50,352 bases of DNA from Chiloscyllium plagiosum (lineage: Eukaryota): assembly GCF_004010195.1 (NCBI RefSeq), contig NW_025215381.1, positions 631,418-681,769 on the forward strand. Reading direction: 5' to 3'. Numbering within the stretch: the stretch's first letter is position 1; each line of letters begins with the position of its first letter. Positions 24,160-35,274 of this stretch are shown one piece after another. The notes below the pieces were generated by a model. That model saw nothing but the letters and a program-made list of their open reading frames with translations, was not told where the DNA came from and searched no databases. Made by a program: the position numbers and the translations under genes.

Positions 24160-25325
24160 CAGCTTATAAACCAAGCTGTTCCAGCACAGATGGCATTTAC
24201 TTGGCAATATGAAAGAGCTGTCCAGGTATATCACGTGCACCAAAGAAATGGACAAATCCAATCCTATGCAATCCATCTACTCATGATCAAAGTGAAAGAA
24301 GGGGTCACCAATAGTTGCTATCAAGCTGCGCTTGCAAAGAAATAACCCGCTGATTGGGTTCGCCAGCACAACTTGGACCCTGACCTCATCATAGCCTTTT
24401 TCACAATGGGGACAAAAGCGCTAAAATCCAGAAGTGAGGTGACAGTGATTGCACTTTAAGAATGCCAATTCAAGGGTACAGCTGCATTCAAACTACTTTT
24501 GCAGGTAAACAATCTGCATAACACATTTCATTACCCAGCTATACAGCAAGGTGGACCGAACATAAACAGAACATCCACATTTAAGGCCTACTCTTAAAAT
24601 ACCTGACGCAACTTGCAGGAATAGCAATGTCATGGGAACAGCAGATAAGGGTGTTTTAGGGCAGAGGCACGTGCAAAGAAATTGATGAGTGTAGTTACAA
24701 AGTACGCCTCTTCCAATATTCCACCACTGACTTTGGAAGGGAGGGGAAATTCATTACAAAGTCCTTGCAGCATAACATCTTCAGTCCAAATGCTCCCTGC
24801 TAGTGCAACTTCTCCATGGTAGCCTCATCCCTCCATACTTTAATCGAAGCTTGACAATATGTCATCCTGTTCCTTTCCCCCTCCGGTCCTTACTGAACTT
24901 CCCACAAGCACACCTATGCCATTTACCTCATTTATACCTGTAGTAACAAGTTCAACATTTTTGACTGATGGTATAGGTTGCCATTGTAGCTCAGCTCAAC
25001 TGACAATCCTCCAGGTTCTACTCACAATGACTATGCAATGATCTCATGGATCTTCTGATGATGGTTCTCAGCTCAGGAAAGTCCTGGGAGAACCACCTTC
25101 TGGATCATGATAGGTCCTCTGCCAGTTACTCTAACCAGCTACAAGGACAAGGGCAGCAGGCATACATACCTACAAGCTTCCTTCCAAGCCATTTGAAACA
25201 ACATCGCTGTTCTTTCAGCGTTGCTCAGCCAAAATATTTGAGCTCCTTGCCTAACAGTACTGCAGTCAGTATATGCTACATTAACTGTATGTGGTCAAGG
25301 AGGCAGCTCACTCTCATACAAGGGA
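24160..25325 (+). mobile_element. Scattered fragments of the CR1/L2-group LINE family also seen at 15985-16495
   Basis: Degenerate RT reads (GFRQ...PDLI.A...TKALKSRSEVTVIAL) at ~24290-24460 and 3'UTR-like sequence at 25140-25325. The intervening sequence is unassigned. Confidence 0.55.
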
Positions 25326-25543
25326 ATAAACCCTATTATTCAAAACCCAGTAAAACATGTTTCAGGCTGATCAAATTTCTGAATTTATATAGGTTTGCTC
25401 GTGAGCGCTCGACAGGTGATGCATTTCAGTGGATGAGTGGAGGGCACCTACAGAGAAACAGAAAACAATGCAAAGCAAGGTTTTAAATTCTTAATTTCTC
25501 AGAGGGATAACTTGCCTGTGGAAATGGGAGCAAAGGGGTAACC

Positions 25544-25677
25544 AGCCTGGCCCGGTGGGGCAGCGTCAAGCACATCTGCAACCCCATCTACCAAAGGACC
25601 CAGAGTATGCTCAAGGTCCCCCTGGAGAACATGATCAGGTGACCTGCACAGAACATGCCAAGCATCACACTGTGACT
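25544..25677 (+). pseudogene. H4: Histone H4 internal fragment, decayed
   Basis: SLARWGSVKHICNPIYQRTQSMLKVPLENMIR/(frameshift)VTCTEHAKHHTVT vs H4 [47 protein letters not shown]. Confidence 0.85.
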
Positions 25678-26069
25678 GAACAGATTCAACAGATAGGAGA
25701 AAAGAGAAAAATCACCAGCTGGTTAATTTGCAAAGGATCTGAAACATTACAGATAAACAATTTAAAATATTTTAACTTCAGTTCCTCTTGCACCAAAATG
25801 AGAAAGCTTAAAGTTGTGAATAATTCTGGATGGGAAATAAATGCTGGCCTAACCAGTAATATCCACATTTCATGAAAGACTATTAAAAAAATTTTATGAA
25901 GTTGCCTGAGGCTGAGTTGAAGATTCTTTACAACATTTCATTTGTGCCATTTATCCTTATTGCAGTTCTTGCACAGCCTATCTGCTGCAACTCAAAACAT
26001 ACAGCTGCACTGAACTCAGAGTCCAATGACTGAAAAAGCACAATTAAAACTAGTCTGTAGTTTGAAGGC

Positions 26070-26113
26070 ACCTGGCAGGGGAGATACCATGATCCAGAAG
26101 GTGGTCCTCCCAG
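26070..26113 (+). pseudogene. U1 snRNA 5' fragment (approx. nt 7-50, stem-loop I) heading a Tx1 element
   Basis: ACCTGGCAGGGGAGATACCATGATCCAGAAGGTGGTCCTCCCAG vs recalled human U1 ACCTGGCAGGGGAGATACCATGATCACGAAGGTGGTTTTCCCAG: 40/44, first 25 nt exact. Confidence 0.9.
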
Positions 26114-27376
26114 AACAGGCCTGAGCTGAGAACATTCATCATAAGATCTTGAAATCCTTGCTGAAGAGTGATTAAGAGCTGAACTTGGACGATTGTCAGT
26201 TGAGCTGAGCTGCAACTGGTGGATCTTTCTGCTGGCTTCAGCTTAATGCCAATTCAGCGACCAGCCATCCAGACCTATGACCTCTGCTAGTGACCATGCC
26301 CCAGAACAGGTAGTCCGTATTACAGAGTGACTGTGAAGGCGGAGAAGGATCGCCAGTCAACCAGATCTTCGTCATGAGGAGAGTCCTCCTGGATTACTGC
26401 GCGTTCCAGGCAGCAGATACTTTCTGTCTGCAGGATAGCCCCCAGCAAGGACTTCTTTGATATGACCTTCGGGAGAATGAAGCAACAGGAGCATCTCCTG
26501 AAAGGACATGAAGAACTGCTCCAGTCTGCTGCACTATTGTTCGTTCTCCTTGCACAGAGAAGCCAAGTTGTTACAATCCTTATGCACAATCCCCACGTCC
26601 TTGAAGCAGATACCCTGACTTTCTTGGGAAGGTATGCACACCTGAAGGAGACAGACCTTTGGAATCTGGATTAGCAAGCGGCAGGTCAAGGCTAAGGGTA
26701 GATAAACAACCTCAAATAGGAAAACACATCAGGCCCCACCAGTTCCACAGCATAATGGAATGATGCAGCTGCACGATGTACCAGGCAGGATGACCTCAGA
26801 TATACCCTGACCTCACCCAAGTGCAGGATAGAGGGGTGGATGCCAACCTCATCAAACTGGGCTTTTTGGAGCACCATTCCCTCACCATTGCAAGTAAAAA
26901 TCTAGTTCAGGTTTGAGATACTCTCTGTTGTTGTATATGGCTCAAGTCTGGCCCATTCCCAGAACCTGCGCTGTTGCACTTCATTTAGAGGTCTACGATG
27001 GACCATGTCCACAGGGACACCATGTACAAAGCTCTGAAAAAGGGAGGGAAAGAACATTTCCAATGCTGACCAATTCATCCCAATGGCCACCTTCATACAT
27101 GGCTGCAAAAAGCTGATGGAAGAGCCTCAGTGCACAAACACTAAGTGTCACTTTGGACTGAGGTTCTATCTGTTCCTGGCGTTGCAAAGGATGGGTCTAG
27201 CCTCGTTGCCATTGAACGCTCTAAGCAGTTGGACCATTTGGTGTCACATGTCTTCATGGAGAAATTTGCAAACAAAACACCTTTGACCAGAAGTCTATCA
27301 AGAAGTGGTCATTACCTAGACCATGCAAGAAAAGGAGAGGGGAATCTTGTCGGATGGTTGTCTGATCTAATGGCCT

Positions 27377-27578
27377 AAGTCATTTGACAGAATGCCTCAT
27401 CGCCATAACGTTCCAACAAGCACCAAGATACCACTTGGTTGGTGGTGCCTATACTACTCACATCTCTACCAAATTAGTTTAACGATGACACTAGCAAAAC
27501 ATCCTTCAAGTCATTTGACAGAATGCCTCATCGCCATAACGTTCCAACAAGCACCAAGATACCACTTGGTTGGTGGTG
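27377..27578. repeat. Perfect 71-bp direct repeat separated by a 60-bp unique spacer, inside Tx1 ORF2
   Basis: 27377-27447 is identical to 27508-27578. Confidence 0.95.
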
Positions 27579-27892
27579 AGAAGGGCATTACCTGTGAGAT
27601 CCTTCTTCTATGCCCAGAGACTCTGTGCCACTGCATGATGCTCTCAAAGCAACTGAGTGGGGGGAATTAATATCGACTGCCTGGAGGACCATCAACAGTG
27701 AAAGATGCTCTTTGGTCTGCCTAAAACCTGCTGACCTTATCAAACAAGGAGCAAACTGGCACATTCCAAGGTCCAGGGAGGGACGCACTACAAAGAGGGA
27801 AAATCACTGTCGATGGTCTTTCTACTAAAGTAAAATGGGAGTCCATTTAGTTATAAGACCCTCCTATTGCCTCATAATATATATCAAAATAA

Positions 27893-29003
27893 CCCTTTGA
27901 TAAGGTTCCACGTGGTAGGCTGTTGGAGAAAATGCAGGGGCATGGGATTGAGGGTGATTTAGCAGTTTGAATTAGAAACTGGCTTTCTGAAAGAAGGCAG
28001 CGATTCGTAGTTGATGAAAAATATTCAGCCTGGAGTCCGGTTACTAGTGGTGTGTCACATGGATCTGTTTTGGGACCACTGCTGTTTGCAGGCATAGGTG
28101 GATGGATTAGTAAATTTGCAGATTACACCATAGTTGGAGTAGTGGTCAGTGTGGAAGAATGTTACAGGTTGCAGGGGGACTTGGATAAACTGCAGAATTA
28201 GGCTGAGAGGTGGCAAGTGGAGTTCAATGCAGATGAATGTGAAGTGATGCACTTTGGGAAGAATAACAGGAAGGCAGAGTACTGGGTCAATGGAAAGATT
28301 CTTGGCAGTGTGGATGTGCAGGGGGATCTCCGAGTCCATGCATATAGATCCCTGAAAGTTGCCACCCAGGTTGATAGTGCTGTTAAGGCGGCATACGGTG
28401 TGTTAGGTTTCATTGGTAGAGGGATTGAGTTCCGGAGCCGCAATATCATGCTGCAACTACACAAAACGTTGGTGCGGCCACACTTGGAATATTGTGTACA
28501 GTTCTGGTCGCCATATTCCGGAAAGGGTGTGGGAGCATTGGAAAAGGTGCAAAGGAGATTGACGATGATGTTGCCTGGTCTGGAGGGAAGGTCTTATGAA
28601 GAAAGGCTGAGAGACTTGGGTCTGTTCTCATTGGAAAGAAGGCAGTCAAGAGGACATTTGATAGAGACCTACAAGATGATCAGAAGATTAGATAGAGTGG
28701 ACAGGGACAGTCTTTTTCTTAAGATAATGACGTCTGCTTGTACGAGGGGGCATAACTACAAATTGAGGGGTGATAGATTTAAGACAGATGTCAGAGGCAA
28801 GTTCTTTAAGCAGGGAGTGGTAAGGGCATGGAATGCCCTACCTGCCAATGTAGTTAACTCAGCCACATTAGTGAGATTTAAACAATCCTTGGATAAGCAC
28901 ATGGATGATATTGGGATAGTGTAAGGGGATGAGCTAAGAATAGTTTGCAGGTCAGTGCAACATTGAGGGCTGAAGGGCCTGTTTTGCACTGTATTGTTCT
29001 ATG
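27893..29003 (+). mobile_element. CR1/HER1-type LINE 3' fragment (same subfamily as 10450-12442)
   Basis: ORF 28217-28924 (235 aa; RPHLEYCVQFWSP, VVRAWNALP); FDKVPRGRLL upstream. Confidence 0.93.
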
Positions 29004-30159
29004 TTCAATGTAAAATACAATCGTGTACAAGTACGAAATGCCTTTGGTTGTTTGCTGGATAGAGTCAAATTCCAATGTTTGAATCTTGATATGCTACTGT
29101 ACAGAACCAAAACTGCAATTGGGACTATGTATGTCAAGGTTTTTTTTATTAAAGTACATATTTGAAATGAAAAAAAACTTGCTGAGAGTCAGGAAAGTTT
29201 CAAAATGTGGGGCCTGCGTAGCTGGCTGCAAGCCAAATGCTAATCAGCTTGAAACTGGAAAGAAACTGACAGGAAGTCCCATTGTTTGCAACAAGTCCAA
29301 CCATCTGAACCTGCATTTTATTCAAAACCACCTTCTGTTACTGTACACAATACCAAAACTCAAATTCCGGTACTGCAGATTCTAGACACGTTCCTCGAGT
29401 TGAACTTGTCTGTGTGTATAGCAACAGTGACTGAATATTCACCCTTAGCAAGAATATTGATTTGTGAAAAATTTGCTGTGATTCTGTGCCTTAATACAGA
29501 TACAGTATCGAAAATTTGGTTGTCCGGAAATCAGAATGGTCTGAAAATCAAACAATAGCGATGGTTAAGTCATCCTTGTTCGCAGCTTCTAAAACAGCAG
29601 GCAGTACACACGTGTAACTTTGGTGAAGGCATCAAAAAAGGCACCCAGGCTTATGTCTCAAACAGACATTAGCATCACTGCACCTACCAATAAGAGGTTC
29701 AGTGCCTATTTAATGTTTCCTTATTATGCATTTGGTTTGCCTTGAACACAGCCGCCAAGGATATCACAAAGTGGTTTTTGCCAGCCTCGATCAGAATAGA
29801 AAACAAATAAATCAAATACTTTCCTGAATCCAAAGCCAGGAGCAGCAGAAGTGAATCAAAAACACAGACTACCGTAGGCCACTGGTGACCTTCATTTCTG
29901 ATTACTACCTCCTGCTACTTCCTGTTTACAATTTCCAGGTCACCAATTGTCTTGCAAAGCCATAATGAAATTAAACTAAAGTAGACTTCACCAAGCCTCT
30001 TCATTTGTCCAATTAGAGGTCCTCAGCTGGTTTTGGGATTTTCTTACATTTGAGTCTTGGCACCAAGGGTGCCAAACTTTAGCCATCAAATCTACAAGCC
30101 TTAAACTTCACCTCCTTCCCATAGCACTGCCAATGACTGGCATAAAGCTACTCTTGCAA

Positions 30160-32750
30160 GACGATAAGAATTAGGAACAGAATTAGGCCATTCAGTCCAT
30201 CGAGTCTGCTCTGCCATTTGACAATCATAGGTTTCTCTATTCCATTCTCCTTCCTTCTCCCCCAACCCTTAATCTCTTCATCAATCACAAACTTCTTAAA
30301 CACACTCCATGCCTTCACCTCCACAGCCTTCTGCTGCATGGAGTCCCACAGATTAACCACCACCTATCTTAACAAATTTCTCTTCATCTCAGTTCTAAAG
30401 GATTGTCCCATCATTCTGAGGCTACATCTCCCAAAGGATATATAACCACACCCTTCTAGTACAGACCCAGAATGATCAGCCACCCTTCATCCCTGGTATC
30501 ATTCTTGTAAATCTCCTCTGGACCCCCTACAACACCAGCACATCCTTCCTTAGATATGGGGCCCAAACCTGCTCTCAATATTTCAAATGCAGTCTGACCA
30601 GAGCCTTACATACCCTTAATACATCTCTGCTCTGGTTTTCTAGCCCTCTTGAAATGAACACTAACATTGCATTTGCCTTTCTAACTGACAAATGAACCTC
30701 CATGCTAACCTTAGCAGTCCTGGTTCAGGATTGTCTCAAGTCCCTTTTGTGCTTCACAACAAGTGGATAGCACTGCTGCCTCAGTGGCAGAAACCCAGGT
30801 TCGAATCCAGTCTCGGGCAACTGTGGGGGTTGCATATTCTCCCTGTGTCTTCGTGGGTTCCCTCTGGGTGCTCCGGTTTCCTCCCACAATCCAAAGATGT
30901 GCAGGTTAGGTGAATTGGCCAAGCTAAGTTGTCCATAGTGTATTGCTCAAGGGTAAAGGAAGGGGATTGGTTATGTGTGGGCTGTCCTTTCAAGGGTCGG
31001 TGTGGACTTGTTGGGACAAAGGACCTGTTTCCACACTGTAGGGATTCTATTCTATGATTTCCGTATCTATCCCTCACTTAGAAAATATTTATGTCTCTAT
31101 TCTTTCTACCAAAATATTCTTTTGACCTAACACTTTCCCACATTATATCCCATCTGCCACTATTTTGTCTACTTTCCTAGCCTGTCTAAGTCTTCTTCAA
31201 GCCTTCCCAAGTCCTCAACACTACCTATCCCTCCATCTATCTCAGTTGCAAAGTTTGCAGGTAACACAATGCCCTCAGTTCCTTCATTCAGATCATAAAT
31301 GCATTATGCGAATAGTTCTAGTCGCAACACTGACCCAAGGAACTTCACTCATCATTGCTATCCTGAAAAACACCCCTTTATCCTCACTCTCTGCATTCTG
31401 CCAGTCAACCAATCCTCTATCCATGCCAATACATTGCCCCTAACATCATGGGTCTTTGTTACCAGCCTCCTGTGCAATATCTTGTCAAAGATCTTCTGGA
31501 AATCCCATCGACTGGCTCTCCTGTCTAATGTGTTCATTACCTCCTCAAAGAATTCTAATAGATTTGTCAGCTATGAAGTTCCCTTGAAGATGTGCTGACT
31601 CAGCCCTATTTTAGCATGCACTTCCAGATACTCCGCAATGTAATCTTTAATAACAAAATCTAGTTAATATCTGAGATCAGACTAATCGCTCTGGAATCTC
31701 CCATCTTCAGCCTCTCTCACTTCTTAAACGGGGTGTTAGAGGAGCCATTTGCCAGTACTCTGGGACCCTCCAAACTCCAGTAATTCTACAATCTCTATAG
31801 CTCTCTCGTTCTGAATGCAGGAGTGTAGCCCATGCATTACAATTGATTTCTCCACCTTCAGACATTTCAGCTTTCCCAGCATCTTCTTATTATATTCTCA
31901 CTATATTCACCTTTGGACACTGACTATCTTGATGTTCTGGTATGCTAATGGTGTCTTTCACAGTGAAACTGGTGCATATTCAGTTCCCTCATTTCTTTGT
32001 TCACCATTACTACTTCTCTAGCCTCATTTTCCAGCAATCCAATGTCCATTCTTGTTTCTGTCTTGCCTTTTAGATATCTTAAAAAAATCTTGCAATCTTT
32101 TTTTATATAACTAGGTAATTTACCATCAGTTCATCTTTTCCTTCTCACACTCCTTACCAACCTACCCTTCCGCAACTATCCATCCAACCCCCCACTTCCC
32201 AGTGTCCCCAACTGCATTGTTATTTGTCTTCTGTGGCTTCTAAAGGCTTCCCAATCCTTGGGCTTCCAACTAGTCTTCACCACATTGTTTGCATTTTCCT
32301 GCCAACCATGGTAGCCTTGTCCTCCCCTTTGTACATTTCTTCATTGGGATTTCTGCTGTACCTCCTGAATTACTCCCAGAAACTCCTGCCATCTTCTCTG
32401 CTTGACTTCCCTTCCAATTAACTCTGATCAGCTCATCCCTCGTGTCTTTGTAGCTACTTTTACTCAATTGTAAAAGCATTAAACCTGATCCAGTGCCTTC
32501 CGCTCTAACTGCAAGATGAATTCTATCAAATTATGGTCATTGCCCCTAAGGGTTTCTTCACCTTAAGTTACCTAATTGAATCTGCCTCATTATACAGCAA
32601 ATCCAGAAGTGCATGTTCCCTACTGGTTCTACTACAAGCTGCTCAAAAAAAAAATCATAGCTATTCAATTAATTCCTTTTAGTGGGAGCTGCTACCAGTC
32701 CGATTTACCCAGTCCACCTGCATTTTTGAAATCTCCAAAATTATTGTAAT
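30160..32750 (-). mobile_element. Old CR1 LINE, degraded, interrupted by an HE1 SINE
   Basis: ORF 30148-30363 (VVNLWDSMQQKAVE) with degenerate RT and endonuclease reads upstream. Confidence 0.75.
30763..31055 (+). mobile_element. HE1-type SINE
   Basis: GGTTCGAATCC B-box, core, (ATTCT)n tail. Confidence 0.88.
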
Positions 32751-33297
32751 ATCCAAATAGCAACAGCCTGTACTTTGTCTAAGGCACTATTGTTTAAAAT
32801 CAAGGCACACTGGGCATATGTATAATCACATCAAAACCTTTGGACAGGGTTTCAAAGTGGAAGGCAAAGAACAATTCTTGCAATATATTGTAAATAACAA
32901 TAAATATGCAAGCATGATGCCCATTTACTCAACGTTAACAAGGAATAGTACTAAGTCTCTGATCAAATACTGAATCAGAATTAATTAGACAGAGGGAGCC
33001 TTTTGGAGGGAGCAATTTAACCTGGGAAGACAACTTGAATTCAAGTGTCATTTTAGATTTGCAATGGAACTGCTTTCTAGTTGTACACTGGATTAGTATT
33101 TTCTGGATGTTGCAGGGAAACAACTGCAGAATCCATAAGAAAAGGACAATTTACTGAATAAACTATTAAGAAACTAATATTAAGTCACCAAACTCATTAT
33201 ATCCAATCACAATATGGTTTGTAAACTAAGTTAAAAATTCTTCCAATGGCCTGTGTTCATCAAGGTAAATTTTAAAATTTAATCAATCAAGTATTAA

Positions 33298-33493
33298 TTA
33301 GATTAGATTCCCTACAGAATGGAAACAGGCCCTTCGGCCCAACAAGACCACACTGACCCATTCCCCTACCTATTATTTACCCCGACTAATGCACCTAACA
33401 CAATTTAGCATGGCCAATTCACCCTAACCTGCACATCTTTCTATTGTGGGAGGAAACCAGAGCACCCGGAGGAAACCCACGCAGACATGGGGG
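33298..33493 (-). mobile_element. HE1-type SINE 3' portion
   Basis: (ATTAG)n followed by the reverse complement of the tail and core. Confidence 0.85.
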
Positions 33494-33562
33494 AAAAACA
33501 GACATGTTTTAAACAGTCTGAAATCCAGGAACTAAGGATTAAATATTAAGCCTTAAAACAAG

Positions 33563-33676
33563 CTAGCTGGTCAAGCAGCATCTGAGGGGGAGGAGCGGAT
33601 TCTGCCTGACCAGCTGTACTATTTCCAGCACCACACTCTCGATTCTGAGCTCCAACATCTGCAGTCCTCACTTTCT
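33563..33676. mobile_element. Short palindromic Penelope-derived element, centre deleted
   Basis: Same 3' end as 22875-23077; TSD ccttaaa(a/g)caag at 33551-33562 and 33677-33688. Confidence 0.7.
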
Positions 33677-34669
33677 CCTTAAAGCAAGACAGATCTATTT
33701 TGGAGCTTGTAATCAAATAGATCAGTTTAGAGAGCTGGACCTTTGTGAATCCATATCTGACTTACACTGATCTTTGCTCAAAGCACCAAGCAGAACGCAG
33801 CAGAAACTCCAGTGGGTGAACAGAAGCAATTTAGGCTGCAGGGCAATGTCTCCAACAAAGTGGAAAATACAATTCTCTTGCCTGCAGTCACCCCCATACA
33901 GCACTAATGCACAATATTTTAAACGTACCAGGTAAGAGCTGTTCTTTCCAAATGGATTAGAAATGTAATGTATAATAGCAAGTACAAGTTAGATCATGAG
34001 AATGTGTTGATTCCAATGTCACTTTAAACAAGGATATAACAAGTCAATTAAAAAGCAAGCATTTCAATATAGGGAGCAGTGATAGCATTCCTATCCAGAA
34101 TCTCACCCAGTATAGGAAAAGCCTGCTTGGCCCATCAAGTGTGTATTGTCAAAAATACACAACCACCTACAACAGTCCCACTTTTCCACACTTGGCCCAT
34201 AGCCTCAAATGTTATGACAACTCAAATGCTCATCCAAATACTTGTTTTAAAATCAAAGGTTTGAGGCTTCCTTCCTCAACTACCCTCCTCGGCACTGCAT
34301 TCCAGACCTTACCAAACTCCAAGGTTGGCAACGTTTCTCAAATCCCCTCTAAACCTCCTAACTTTCACTTTAAAAGAGCATGTTCTCCCTGGTTCTTTAC
34401 TCTTCAGCTAAGGGGAACAACTGCTTTCTGTTTACCTTGGTCCGTGTCCCTCAATCTTATACACCTCGAGCAGGTCACCCTCAACCTTACCTAACTCTGG
34501 GCTCAAGTTCAAGTTCCACCTGCTCCAGAGGTTAAAAATATCTATACCTACTTACCATATGACAGTAAAATAAGTTTTGCAAAAGTTCCACAGTTTAGTG
34601 ATTAGCACTCTGAACTATGAATCAGAGTTCAAACCTCAGTGGAACCAAGCTCTCGATTCTCCAAGCAAT

Positions 34670-34828
34670 AGTCCAAAGATGTGCAGGTCAGGTGAATTGG
34701 CCGTATTAAATTGCCCATAGTGTTAGGTGCATTAGTCAGGGTGGGGGCTGTTGCTCTTCGGAGGGTCGGTGTGGACTTGTTGGGCCGAAGGGCCTGTTTC
34801 CACACTGTAGAGAATGTAATCTAATCTA
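34670..34828 (+). mobile_element. HE1-type SINE 3' portion
   Basis: gtccaaagatgtgcaggtcagg through the (AATCT)n tail. Confidence 0.85.
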
Positions 34829-35064
34829 AATTGGGACCTTTGTGAAGCACTGGTAGTACTTGTACCTGCGGACCAGAAGATGTATAACATCTGCCCTGGA
34901 TGTATAACATGTCTGAACAGGCCGATTAAAAAATATCTGCAAGATTTCAATCAAGCCCAATTCAACAATTGATTCTACCTTCTTAAAAAGAGGGCCATCT
35001 CTTGGATGCAGAAAGATTGCAACTAATGGTCAAACTGGACTGAGTGGTGCTCAAATTTCATTTG

Positions 35065-35274
35065 GTCAGGCAGCATCCAAGGAGCAGGAGAATCGACATT
35101 TCGGGCATAAGCCGTTCTTCAGGAATCACTGGAAAAGCGCAGCAGGAAACCTGAAGAAGGGCTTATGCCCGAAACGTCGATTCTCCTGCTCCTTGGATGC
35201 TGCCTGACCTGCTGCGCTTTTCCAGCAATACATTTTCAGATCTGATCTCCAGCATCTGCAGTCCTCACTTTCTC
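35065..35274. mobile_element. Short palindromic element with hammerhead motifs on both strands
   Basis: Plus strand CTGAAGA-A-GGGC(TTAT)GCCC-GAAA-CGTC at 35151-35178, with an inverted copy at ~35091-35122; perfect 15-bp TSD ctcaaatttcatttg at 35050-35064 and 35275-35289. Confidence 0.82.

Larger units (their letters stand above)
26070..29177 (+). mobile_element. Tx1-clade LINE with both ends but large internal deletions; CR1 nested in its 3'UTR
   Basis: The 5'UTR is homologous to copy 1 (ggtggatctt..tgctggctt...taatgccaattcag). ORF1 from ATG 26277 reads VLLDYCAFQAADTFCLQD and LMHNPHVLEADTLTFLGRY. The ORF2 C-terminus reads LLYMAQVWPIPRTCAVA and SNKHQD..WLVV. ATTAAA at 29148-29153 and an A8 tail at 29170-29177. 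Confidence 0.82.

Noticed and set aside
25516..25643. Minus-strand open exon-like segment with an AG acceptor and GC donor
   Set aside because: It is largely the antisense of the H4 fragment, which explains the open frame more simply.
26070..26113. Functional U1 snRNA gene
   Set aside because: Only ~44 of ~164 nt are present; no 5' ATACTT, stem-loops II-IV or Sm site.
22373..27578. Repeat-spacer-repeat units as a CRISPR-like array
   Set aside because: Only two repeats each, 71-78 bp long, unrelated to each other, in eukaryotic DNA with no cas genes.
28217..28924. Longest ORF (235 aa) as a host gene
   Set aside because: It is the C-terminal part of CR1 ORF2 in a 5'-truncated copy.
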